Origin: an uncultured Desulfovibrio sp.
Lineage (GTDB): Bacteria; Desulfobacterota; Desulfovibrionia; Desulfovibrionales; Desulfovibrionaceae
NCBI GenBank assembly: GCA_937889575.1
Contig: CALBYZ010000020.1
Span: forward strand, 51 to 64,050
DNA length: 64,000 nucleotides
Direction: 5' to 3'
In this document: positions 28,434-37,144 of the stretch, piece by piece
Layout: each line of letters starts with the position of its first letter
Numbering within the stretch: position 1 is the stretch's first letter
The notes under the pieces: generated by a model
Told to the model about the DNA's origin: nothing
Seen by the model: only the letters and a program-made list of their open reading frames with translations
Databases searched by the model: none
Program-made: the position numbers and the translations under genes

Positions 28434-28480
28434 GGATAATTCCCTAGCCCACGACCGGCCGGCCGTCAAGGGACTTGGCG

Positions 28481-28657
28481 CTACGGCGACGCGCAGCCCA
28501 GGGCCTTGACGACCGCCGTGAAATCCGCCTCGCCGAGGCCCGCTTCCGCCAGCTTGCGGTAGAGCGGCTCGAGCACGGCGAGCATCGGCGAAGGGGCGTG
28601 GGTCTCGGCCGCCGCCTCCACGGCGAGGCGCAGGTCCTTGGCCATGTGCTTCGCCAT
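28481..28657 (-). pseudogene. 58-aa fragment resembling the C-terminus of a 3-hydroxyisobutyrate/6PGD-family dehydrogenase
   Basis: MAKHMAKDLRLAVEAAAETHAPSPMLAVLEPLYRKLAEAGLGEADFTAVVKALG; GGAGGG RBS; no N-terminal Rossmann domain upstream. Confidence 0.65.
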
Positions 28658-28679
28658 GGGAACCCTCCGCGCGGAGGGC

Positions 28680-29819
28680 TTATTTTCCGGCGGGCAGGGC
28701 GCCTGTGGCGGAGAGCTTGTCGAGCACCTGCCCGCACAGCAGGTCGTAGCCGGTCATGGTCATGTGCACGCCGTCCTTGGCCCGCAGCGACACCTTCTTG
28801 CCGCCGATGTCCTTGGCCTGCACGTACTTGCCCGAAGCGTCGGTGAAAAGGTCCGAGGCCTCCATGTAGGCGCAGCCGCCGATCTTGGCGCAGGCGTCCC
28901 TGGCCGCGGCGTTGACCGCGGTCACACGGGCGTTGTAGGCCGCGTCGCGCATGGCGGGCAGGCCCACCCACACGACCTTGACCCCGGCCCCGGAGGCGAT
29001 GCGCAAAAAGCTCTCGGCCTTCTCGCGGTAGGCGTCGCTCCAGGCGGGCGTGCCGGGCTGCTTGCCGGCTATGGAATTGTTGGCGTCGTTGCCGCCCATC
29101 ATCACCACCACGGCCGAGAGCTTTTCCTTGGCCACCAGTTCGTTCAACCGTTTTTCCCAGTCGAAAAACCGCTTGTTGATGAGCCCGGTGGAAACCTTGC
29201 CCAGCGGATGGCAGCCGACGCCGGTCTGGTCCAGGCGATGGGACAGGGTCATGCCGATGCCCACGGCCAGGGAGTCGCCGACCACGGCCACGGCGGCGGA
29301 TTTGTCCCTGGCGGCCGGGGCGGCTTCCCTGGGTTCCTTTGCCGGGGCCTCGGCGCGCTCCTTGGCGGGCGGCGCCGCTTCGGGCGTTTTGCCCGCGGCG
29401 GCGGGCCGGGCCGGGGCAGGCTGCTCCTTGGCCGGAAAGATGTTGTCCGGGGCCGGCGCGGGTTCGATCGGCTCGCTTTTGGGCTGGGGCAGGGCGGCGG
29501 CCTGGACGGGCTTGGGTTCCAGGGTCTTCTTGGTCTGCTCCTCGGGCGAGGCAGGGCGTTCGGCCGGCGGTGGCGGCGTTTCGGGCACGAGGTCTGCCGG
29601 CGGCGCGGCGGCGGGCGGCGCGGCTTCGGGAACGGGTTTGACCTCGGCTTCGGCGGCGGCCGGGACTGTTTCGTGTTGTTCGGGAACGTGTTGCTGCGCC
29701 GCAGCGGTTTTTCCGTTTGCGGCCTTGTTTTCGTTTTTGCCGGAGGTGTTGACGCAGGCCGGGACGAAGGCGGCCGCGACGAGCAGGAACGCGAGGAGGA
29801 GAGGAGTTGCAGGACGCAT
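28680..29819 (-). CDS. Lipoprotein with Pro/Ala/Glu/Lys linker and SGNH/GDSL domain (DUF459-like)
   Basis: FVPAC lipobox; about 150-aa low-complexity linker; VVGDSLAVG, MMGGNDAN, KDGVHMT. Confidence 0.8.
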   Translation of the reverse strand: MRPATPLLLAFLLVAAAFVPACVNTSGKNENKAANGKTAAAQQHVPEQHETVPAAAEAEVKPVPEAAPPAAAPPADLVPETPPPPAERPASPEEQTKKTLEPKPVQAAALPQPKSEPIEPAPAPDNIFPAKEQPAPARPAAAGKTPEAAPPAKERAEAPAKEPREAAPAARDKSAAVAVVGDSLAVGIGMTLSHRLDQTGVGCHPLGKVSTGLINKRFFDWEKRLNELVAKEKLSAVVVMMGGNDANNSIAGKQPGTPAWSDAYREKAESFLRIASGAGVKVVWVGLPAMRDAAYNARVTAVNAAARDACAKIGGCAYMEASDLFTDASGKYVQAKDIGGKKVSLRAKDGVHMTMTGYDLLCGQVLDKLSATGALPAGK

Positions 29820-30049
29820 GATGCTTTGTTGCCAGGATCCGGGTGTGCTGGGGTGTCCGTGGAAAGGGCCCGGGGTCGCCGCGGGAAACGGCGCTGCGTC
29901 CCCGGCCGAGGCGTCGCCGGCTTGGCGCTTGGGCTGCGCCGGCGGCGTCCTGGTGCCGAAAACGATGTTCATGGGGAAGCTTATGACCCAAGGTGCAGGG
30001 GCGGTCAAATCGAAGATGCGGCCTGGGCGGCAGGGGAGTCGGGCCGGGG

Positions 30050-30823
30050 TCACTTGGCGGCGGACGGATCCTTGAACCCGTAGGAAGCCAGGATGGCCTG
30101 CCCCTTTGTGCCGTGCAGGAAGTCGATGAAGGCCTTGGCCGCCTCCTTGCGCGGGCAGGCGGCGAGCATGGCCGCCGGGTAAACGATGGGGGCGTGGCCG
30201 GTGAGCGCCGCGACCACGCGCACGCGTTTTTGCGCCATGCGCGCGTCCGTGGCGTAGACGAAGGCCGCGTCCACCTCGCCGAGGGCGACATAATCGAGAG
30301 CCTGCTTGACCGACAGGCCGTAGACCATCTTGGGCGAGAGCTTTTCCCAGAGGCCGAGACCGTCCAGGACCTGCTTGGTGTAGCTGCCGGCGGGCACGGC
30401 GTCGGGCTCGCCGAGCGCCAACTTGCCCACCTTGTCGCCGCCGAGGTCCGCGACGCAGGTCACGGCTTTTTCGTCGGCAGGCACGGTGAGCATCAGGGCG
30501 TTGGCCGTGAAGTCCACGCGTGTGGCCGGATCGATGAGCCCGTCCCTGGCCGCCCGGTCCATGGTGACCTGGTCGGCCGGGGCGAAGACGTCCACGGGCG
30601 CGCCGGCTTCGATCTGCTGCAGCAGCTGTCCCGAAGCGGCGAAATTGACGAAGACCGTAAGGCCCGGGTGTTCGGCCTCGAAGGCGTTCTTGACGTCCGA
30701 CATGGCGCTGCTCAGGCTGGCGGCGGCGGACACGATCAGTTCCTCGGCCGCGGCGGGGCGCGGGAATAGCGCCGCCAGCAGCAGGCCTGCGGCAAGGACA
30801 AGGGCGAGGCGGGGACGCGGCAT
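30050..30823 (-). CDS. modA: Molybdate ABC transporter substrate-binding protein
   Basis: VSAAASLS, NFAASGQLLQQIEAGAPVDVF, GEPDAVPAGSY, VALGEVDAAFVYATDA, PIVYP. Confidence 0.92.
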   Translation of the reverse strand: MPRPRLALVLAAGLLLAALFPRPAAAEELIVSAAASLSSAMSDVKNAFEAEHPGLTVFVNFAASGQLLQQIEAGAPVDVFAPADQVTMDRAARDGLIDPATRVDFTANALMLTVPADEKAVTCVADLGGDKVGKLALGEPDAVPAGSYTKQVLDGLGLWEKLSPKMVYGLSVKQALDYVALGEVDAAFVYATDARMAQKRVRVVAALTGHAPIVYPAAMLAACPRKEAAKAFIDFLHGTKGQAILASYGFKDPSAAK

Positions 30824-30838
30824 GGCGGCGCTCCTTTG

Positions 30839-31846
30839 TCAGGCGATGCGCAGGATTCCGGAGGCTCTTCCCGTGGGGGCGCCCGGCGCGTCGCGCTGTG
30901 CGGCCGCACGCTCCTCCCTCCGGGGCGGCAGGCAGCCGGCCGGCGCGGGCGGGCGCGGTGCCACGCGGCGCGAGCGCGTGCGTTTTTCCTCGTACATGCG
31001 CGCGTCGGCGCAGCTGAGCAGTTCCGCGAGGCTTCCCGCGCAGTCGATATCCAGACAGGACAGGCCGATGCTCGCCGAGAGCACGTAGGGCCGCTTGCCC
31101 GCGGCGTTGAAGGACGCCATGCAGGCGAGCAGGCGCTCCTTGGGCTCCACGGCCTCGCGGGGCGTCTCCTCGATGCCGAACACGGCGAATTCGTCGCCCC
31201 CCAGGCGCGCCAGCACGTCGGATTCCCGGAAGGTCTCGCGCAACAGTCCGGCCATGTCCCCGAGCATGCGGTCGCCCTCGCGGTGGCCCAGGTTGTCGTT
31301 GACGATCTTCATGCCGTCGACGTCCACGTAGAGCAGGAATGCGCCCCGGGCCAGCCGCCGCGCGGACTTGAACAGCTGCCCGGCAAGGGTCAGAAAGCCC
31401 CGGCGGTTGAACAGCCCGGTCAGTTCGTCGGAAAGGGCCGCGCCCATGAGCTGCTTGTAGAGCTGGTGACGCTCGATGGCGTGGAGGATGGCGCGAAAAA
31501 GGGCCTGGCCGTCGAAGCCGCCCTTGACGAGGAAGTCCTGCGCGCCCTCGCGCACGGCCATGGTGGAGATTTCCCGGTCGTCCAGGCCGGAGAGCACGAT
31601 GATGGGCAGGTCCGGGAAGGCGGCCCGCACCGAGGTGAAGGTGGTCAGTCCCGTGGAGTCCGGCAGGTTGAGGTCGAGCAGCACCACGTCCGCGCCGTCC
31701 TCGGCCAGGGCTTCGACGCCGTCGGCGAGCAGGGGCGCGTGGCGCAGATCGAAGGCGGCGTCCGCGCCGTCCTCCAGGTAGGCCCGAACCAGTTCCGCGT
31801 CGCCGTAGTCGTCCTCGATCAGCGTGATGCGAAGCGTCATCGTCAT
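30839..31846 (-). CDS. REC-GGDEF diguanylate cyclase response regulator
   Basis: LIEDD, LLDLNLPDS, AQDFLVKG, DELTGLFNRRGF, DVDGMKIVNDNLGH..GD, RESD I-site, RLGGDEF. Confidence 0.93.
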   Translation of the reverse strand: MTMTLRITLIEDDYGDAELVRAYLEDGADAAFDLRHAPLLADGVEALAEDGADVVLLDLNLPDSTGLTTFTSVRAAFPDLPIIVLSGLDDREISTMAVREGAQDFLVKGGFDGQALFRAILHAIERHQLYKQLMGAALSDELTGLFNRRGFLTLAGQLFKSARRLARGAFLLYVDVDGMKIVNDNLGHREGDRMLGDMAGLLRETFRESDVLARLGGDEFAVFGIEETPREAVEPKERLLACMASFNAAGKRPYVLSASIGLSCLDIDCAGSLAELLSCADARMYEEKRTRSRRVAPRPPAPAGCLPPRREERAAAQRDAPGAPTGRASGILRIA

Positions 31847-32301
31847 GGCCGGCCCTCCCAAACGACGCCGCGCGGCGGCAGCTTGGCCAGGGACAGCCAG
31901 AAATCCTCCACGCCCTTGAGGACGCGGGAAAATGCGTCCATGCCGAGGGGCTTTTGCAGGTAGCAGTTGGCGCCGAGGCCGTAGCTCGCCGCAATGTCCG
32001 TTTCGGCGTCTGAGGTGGTCAGCACGAGCACCGGAATGGAGCGCAGCCCGGCGTCGCGTTTGACTTCGAGCAGCACTTCGCGGCCGTCCATGCGCGGCAT
32101 GTTGAGGTCGAGCAGGATGAGGTCCGGCCGGATCGCGGCGGCGTGTTCCCCCTGGCGGCGCAGGTAGCGCATGCCTTCCTCGCCGTCGCCCACGCGCTCC
32201 ACGGACAAGGCGACGCGGGAGCCGCGCAGGGCTTCGAGGATCAGCTCCACGTCGCCGGGATCGTCCTCCATGAGCAGGATGCGCACGGGCATGGCGTTCA
32301 T
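31843..32301 (-). CDS. Single-domain response regulator (Rcp1-like)
   Basis: ILLMEDDPGD, RPDLILLDLNMPRMDG, PVLVLTTS, GANCYLQKP. Confidence 0.92.
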   Translation of the reverse strand: MNAMPVRILLMEDDPGDVELILEALRGSRVALSVERVGDGEEGMRYLRRQGEHAAAIRPDLILLDLNMPRMDGREVLLEVKRDAGLRSIPVLVLTTSDAETDIAASYGLGANCYLQKPLGMDAFSRVLKGVEDFWLSLAKLPPRGVVWEGRP

Positions 32302-34148
32302 GGCGCGCCGGCCTCCCGGTCCGGCAGGGTGAAGAAGAACGTGGAGCCTTCGCCTTCGACGGACTCCACCCAGATGCGGCCGCCGTGGCGTTCGACGATG
32401 CGTTTGCAAAAGGCCAGGCCGATGCCGGCTCCGGCATGCTCCTTGGCCGTGGTCAGGCGCTGGAACATGCGAAAGACCCGGTCGAAATGGCGGGGCGCGA
32501 TGCCCATGCCGTTGTCGGCCACGGAGACGACCCAGGCGTCGTCTTCGCGTCGTGCCGCGACGTGGACGGCCGGCGGGGCGTCGCCCCGGTATTTGACGGC
32601 GTTGCCGACGAGGTTCTGGAAGAGCTGGGCGAGCTGCGTGGCGTCGGCGACCACGGCCGGCAGGGCGTCGCGCGTCACGCTCGCCCCGGCCTCGGCCAGG
32701 GGCAGTTCCAGGTTGTCCAGGGCCACGTCCAGGGCCTGCCCCAGTTCCGTCTCGGCAAAGGCCGCGCGGCTCGTGCCCAGGCGCGAATAGGTGAGCAGGT
32801 GGTTGATGAGCTGGCTCATGCGCCGGGCTCCGTCCACCATATAGGCCATGTAGCGCTCGCCGGTCTCGTCGAGCTGGCCGGCGCAGCGTTTGCCGAGCAG
32901 CTCGGCGAAGCTCGTGATCTTGCGCAGCGGCTCCTGGAGGTCGTGGGAGGCGACGTAGGCGAACTGCTCCAGGTCCTTGTTGGAATTTTCCAGGGCGGCG
33001 GTCTTTTCGGCCAGCACGCGGTCGCGTTCCTCGAGTTCCCCGGCCATGGCGTCAAACGCCCTGCCCAGGCGGTGCAGTTCGCGGATGCGCGGCGCGCCGG
33101 CCGTGCGCGTGGCGAAGTCGCCCCGGCCGATGGCTTCGGCCCCCTCGACCAGGGCGACGATGGGCCGCACCAGGAGCCGTGCGCCAAAGAATCTGGCCGC
33201 GCCGAGGCCGACGATGCCGACCACGGCCAGCCAGGCGAGGTGATCCCAAAGAAGCGTTCGCGAGGCGGCGTAGGCCTCGGCAAGGGGGCGCTCCACGAAC
33301 ACGACGGGGGAGCCGGGGCGTTGCGGCACGATGCGCGCCCAGCCGACGAGCTTGCCTTCGCCGTCGAGGCCGGCGGTTTCCATGCCCCCGAAAGCCTTGT
33401 CGGCCATGGCCCGGACCAGGGGCGAGGCGGCAAGTTGCCGGCCCACGGCGGGCAGCTTTTCCGGGAACGTCGCCAAAAGGATTCCCGACGGGGCGAGCAC
33501 GCCCACGATGCCGCCCGGGGGCGGCGGGGCGGCGGTTACGGCTTCGGCCAGGGCGTCCAGGGTCAGGACCGCCGCGACCACGGCCTTGACCTCGCCGTCC
33601 CAGCCCAGGGACGGGCAGGCGGCCACGGCCAGGGGACGGCCGCCCTGGCTCGTGACGAATGGGCCGGCATGGCAGGTTTTCGTGGCGACGGCCTGCTTGA
33701 ACCAGTCCCGGTCGGCAAAGGAGACGGTCTGGATGGGCGTGCGGCCGGGCGGAAAGCCGTCGCCGGCCGCGTCGCGGGCTTCGGCGATGCGCTCGCCGCC
33801 GGCGGAGACCGCCAGGATGTTGGCCATGCCCGGGCCGGATTGGCGCAGGAGTTCGGAAAAAAGCAGGATGCAGCCCTTGGGATCGACGACGCGCACCACG
33901 GTGGCCGCGGCCAGGCTCTCGACCAGGCGCATGGCCGCGGCCAGGCGTCCTTCCTCGCCGGCGGCCAGGGCCTGCGCCCGGTTGTTCACGGCAATGCCGG
34001 CTTCGGCGCGGGCTTTGGCGCCCTGTTCGAGGCCGTGGTGGAGCGCCAGGGCCAGGGCCGGCAGCACGGCCAGAAGGACAAGCCCCATGAGCGCCGCGCG
34101 AAGGCCAAGCGGCGTCGGGCATCGTGGTGGTGCAGGAGGGTGCGTCAT
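32298..34148 (-). CDS. Cache-HAMP sensor histidine kinase (Cph1-like core)
   Basis: TM, Cache (FADRDWFKQA), TM, HAMP; FAYVASHDLQEPLRKI, FQNLVGNAVKY, DNGMGI, GIGLAFCKRIV. Confidence 0.92.
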   Translation of the reverse strand: MTHPPAPPRCPTPLGLRAALMGLVLLAVLPALALALHHGLEQGAKARAEAGIAVNNRAQALAAGEEGRLAAAMRLVESLAAATVVRVVDPKGCILLFSELLRQSGPGMANILAVSAGGERIAEARDAAGDGFPPGRTPIQTVSFADRDWFKQAVATKTCHAGPFVTSQGGRPLAVAACPSLGWDGEVKAVVAAVLTLDALAEAVTAAPPPPGGIVGVLAPSGILLATFPEKLPAVGRQLAASPLVRAMADKAFGGMETAGLDGEGKLVGWARIVPQRPGSPVVFVERPLAEAYAASRTLLWDHLAWLAVVGIVGLGAARFFGARLLVRPIVALVEGAEAIGRGDFATRTAGAPRIRELHRLGRAFDAMAGELEERDRVLAEKTAALENSNKDLEQFAYVASHDLQEPLRKITSFAELLGKRCAGQLDETGERYMAYMVDGARRMSQLINHLLTYSRLGTSRAAFAETELGQALDVALDNLELPLAEAGASVTRDALPAVVADATQLAQLFQNLVGNAVKYRGDAPPAVHVAARREDDAWVVSVADNGMGIAPRHFDRVFRMFQRLTTAKEHAGAGIGLAFCKRIVERHGGRIWVESVEGEGSTFFFTLPDREAGAP

Positions 34149-34573
34149 GTTTCCCGCGCCTCGCACGTCCCTGTTGATCGCGTTGCCGTTTTCGACCGGA
34201 GACAAGGGAGGCGGGCTTGCTGCAGTCGCGGCGCAATGCGCGGCGACGGCGTGTTGTTCGCGGCGTTCGCTGTTTGGCAATTGTGTAGGCTGTAATGCTT
34301 TTGCTGTAAAGACGTTGCATTACTGACACTATATTTGCCGAATCCGTGTTTGCATGCATGTGTGATGGGAAATGGGTGAGGCCCGGGAAATAACGTTGCA
34401 ATAGAGAACACGATTGCCGGGAAATCGTGATATCTCGTTTTGGCGCGCCGTGCGACCGGCGTATGCGCCTTTCCGGTCGGGGAAATCCCCTCCAGGCGGT
34501 TGCCAGCGGCCACAGTGCGGTCTATGGATGGGGCAACCCGATGCGGCCTGCGCCGCGAAGCCCGCGAGGACCC

Positions 34574-34927
34574 ATGCCGAAAGGCGACGCCTGCAAAACC
34601 CTTTCGCCCCTGGAGGCCGTGCGCCGCTACTGTCTGGTCGCCTGCATGGGCGGGCAGCGCAGCCTCGTGGCCGCCTGCGCCGACAAGGGCTGTCCGTTTC
34701 ATCCCCTGCGCATGAAGGAAATCCCCGAGGGTTTCGGCGTACGCGTGGTGCGGGTGGTGCGGCGGTTCTGCCTGCGCTGCACGGTCGGCGACCGCGACGC
34801 CGTGCGCCGTTGCACCGAGCACGACGTCTGTCCCGTCTGGGCCTACCGCGTGGGCGTCTCGCCCAAAAAGCTCAAGCGCCTGATCGCCGAAAAGCGCCGT
34901 CCCCGCCAACTCGAATTGCCGTTCTGA
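34574..34927 (+). CDS. Small basic protein with two Cys4 repeats and C-terminal QLELPF
   Basis: RRYCLVAC..C...CP and RRFCLRC..C...CP repeats; GAGGA RBS. Confidence 0.8.
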   Translation: MPKGDACKTLSPLEAVRRYCLVACMGGQRSLVAACADKGCPFHPLRMKEIPEGFGVRVVRVVRRFCLRCTVGDRDAVRRCTEHDVCPVWAYRVGVSPKKLKRLIAEKRRPRQLELPF

Positions 34928-35163
34928 TCGAACAGTTCCCCCCGCCTTGACCGCCCGTCGCGGCGAACGGCGCTCCTGACCGGGTAAGCGGCTGGGGTGC
35001 CCCGTTCGCGCCGTTCCCCATCCATGGGAAGGGTCGCGCCGTTTGCCGAAAATCGCGGGCGTTTCCCTCGCGGGCCGCCCTATACGGGTCGCATCCCGGC
35101 CGCAGCCGCCCAACCGGCCGGGCAACCACGGCCCGGCCGCAAGCCGGCAGCAAGGAGCGACCC

Positions 35164-35475
35164 ATGACCACGACGACGGCCGATCCGACACGCTCAAGGG
35201 AGTTCACGCAACTCGTGCGCAAGCGCTGGGGCGTCTCCCTGACCCTGACCGCCTTCATGCTCGCGGTCTACTACGGCTTCATCGCCATCCTGGCCTTCCG
35301 GCCGGAGCTTTTCGCCACGCGCATCGGCGAGCACATGACCGTCGGCATTCCCGTGGGGCTTGGCGTCATCGTCGTCTCGTGGCTGGCCACGGGCGTCTAC
35401 GTGCGCTGGGCCAACGACGACTACGACGCCGCCGTCAACAACCTCAAACACGCCATGCGGGAGGAGCGGGGATGA
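35164..35475 (+). CDS. DUF485/YjcH family membrane protein
   Basis: EFTQLVRKRWGVSLTLT, two TM helices, YVRWANDDYD; directly upstream of actP. Confidence 0.88.
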   Translation: MTTTTADPTRSREFTQLVRKRWGVSLTLTAFMLAVYYGFIAILAFRPELFATRIGEHMTVGIPVGLGVIVVSWLATGVYVRWANDDYDAAVNNLKHAMREERG

Positions 35476-37019
35476 ACGACTTCACCACCACCATCGGGCA
35501 ACCCAATGCCACGTCAGTGATCTTTTTCATTTTCTTTATCCTCGGCACGCTGGCCATCACCTATTACGCCGCGAAAAAGAGCCGGGGAGCCTCGCAGTTC
35601 TACGCCGCCGGCCGCTCGGTCACGGGCTGGCAGAACGGCCTGGCCCTGGCCGGGGACTACATGTCCGCCGCCTCGTTTCTGGGCATCGCCGGTCTTGTGT
35701 CGCTCAAGGGCTACGACGGCCTCATCTACTCCATCGGCTTTCTCGTCGGCTGGCCCATCATCATGTTCCTCGTCGCCGAGCCCCTGCGCAACCTCGGCAA
35801 GTACACCTTCGCCGACGTGGTCGCCTACCGGCTCTCGCAAAAGCCCATCCGCATCGCCGCTTCCATCGGTTCGCTGCTCACGGTCTGCTTCTACCTCATC
35901 GCCCAGATGGTGGGCTCGGGCTCGCTTGTCAAAATGATGTTCGGCCTGCCCTACGAGACGGCGATCATCGCCGTGGGCGCGGTCATGATCGCCTACGTGC
36001 TCTTCGGCGGCATGCTGGCCACCACCTGGGTGCAGATCATCAAGGCCGTGCTGCTCCTGGCCGGCGCCACGGTCATGGTGCTGATGGCCCTTTCCAAGTT
36101 CGGCTTCGACGTGATCGGGCTTTTCAACGCCGCCGCCGCGACCTACGGCGAAAAGGTGCTTAATCCCGGCGGCCTCGTCGCCAATCCCCTGGATGCCGTG
36201 TCGCTCGGCATCGCGCTCATGTTCGGCACGGCCGGCCTGCCGCACATCCTCATGCGCTTCTACACCGTGCCCGACGCCAAGACCGCCCGCAAATCCGTGT
36301 TCTACGCCACCGGGCTCATCGGCTACTTCTACGTGCTGACCTTCATCATCGGCTTCGCCGCCATGGTGCTCGTCGGGCGCGACATCGTGGCCAGGGTGGA
36401 CGCCGGCGGCAACATGGCGGCCCTGCTTCTCGCCGAAGTCACGGGCGGCACCGTGTTCCTGGGTTTCATCGCGGCCGTGGCCTTCGCCACCATCCTCGCC
36501 GTGGTGGCCGGGCTCACGCTTGCCGGCGCGACCACGCTCTCCCACGACCTCTATGTCAACGTCTGGCGCGGCGGGAAATCCTCCGAGGAAGACGAGATGA
36601 AGGTGGCCAAGCGCGCCACGGTGGGCCTTGGCGTGGCGGCCATCCTGCTCGGGCTGGCGTTCAAGGGCCAGAACGTGGCCTTCATGGTCGGCCTGGCCTT
36701 CGCCATCGCCGCCAGCGCCAACTTCCCGGCCCTGCTCCTCTCCATCCTCTGGAAGGGCACGAGCACCTTCGGCGCGACGGCCAGCATCGTGACCGGCACC
36801 GTGGCCGCCGTCGGCCTGATCCTGCTTTCGCCCACGGTCTGGGTGGACGTTTTCGGCAACCCCGCGCCGATCTTTCCCTGGAAGAACCCGGCGCTCATCT
36901 CCATGCCCGCCGCCTTCTTCGCCGGCTGGCTCGGCTCGGTGCTCGTGCCCGACGCCAAGGCCCAGTCCCTCTATGCTGCCCAACAGATCCGCAACTACCT
37001 CGGCGTCGGCGCGGAATAG
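35472..37019 (+). CDS. actP: Cation/acetate symporter ActP (SSS family)
   Basis: FYAAGRSVTGWQNGLALAGDYMSAASFLG, GTAGLPHILMRFYTVPD, AVAFATILAVVAGL, FAIAASANFP. Confidence 0.95.
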   Translation: MNDFTTTIGQPNATSVIFFIFFILGTLAITYYAAKKSRGASQFYAAGRSVTGWQNGLALAGDYMSAASFLGIAGLVSLKGYDGLIYSIGFLVGWPIIMFLVAEPLRNLGKYTFADVVAYRLSQKPIRIAASIGSLLTVCFYLIAQMVGSGSLVKMMFGLPYETAIIAVGAVMIAYVLFGGMLATTWVQIIKAVLLLAGATVMVLMALSKFGFDVIGLFNAAAATYGEKVLNPGGLVANPLDAVSLGIALMFGTAGLPHILMRFYTVPDAKTARKSVFYATGLIGYFYVLTFIIGFAAMVLVGRDIVARVDAGGNMAALLLAEVTGGTVFLGFIAAVAFATILAVVAGLTLAGATTLSHDLYVNVWRGGKSSEEDEMKVAKRATVGLGVAAILLGLAFKGQNVAFMVGLAFAIAASANFPALLLSILWKGTSTFGATASIVTGTVAAVGLILLSPTVWVDVFGNPAPIFPWKNPALISMPAAFFAGWLGSVLVPDAKAQSLYAAQQIRNYLGVGAE

Positions 37020-37144
37020 GGAAAGGGGGAGGGAAGACGGGAGAGAAAGAGGAAGAGTCAGGAGGGGCGTTGCCCCTCCCGAACCCACCCCACCGGGGGG
37101 GATCATCCCCCCCGGACCCCCTGGATGGGGAGAGGAGAGGGGGG
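37020..37144. repeat. REP-like intergenic hairpin repeat, copy C
   Basis: Purine tract, then CAGGAGGGGCGTTGCCCCTCC and CCGGGGGGGAT-C-ATCCCCCCCGG stems similar to copy B. Confidence 0.75.

Noticed and set aside
34386-34400. GG-N10-GC (GGAAATAACGTTGCA) sigma54-like spacing upstream of the Cys4-repeat gene
   Set aside because: The -24 element lacks the TGGCAC consensus; too weak to call
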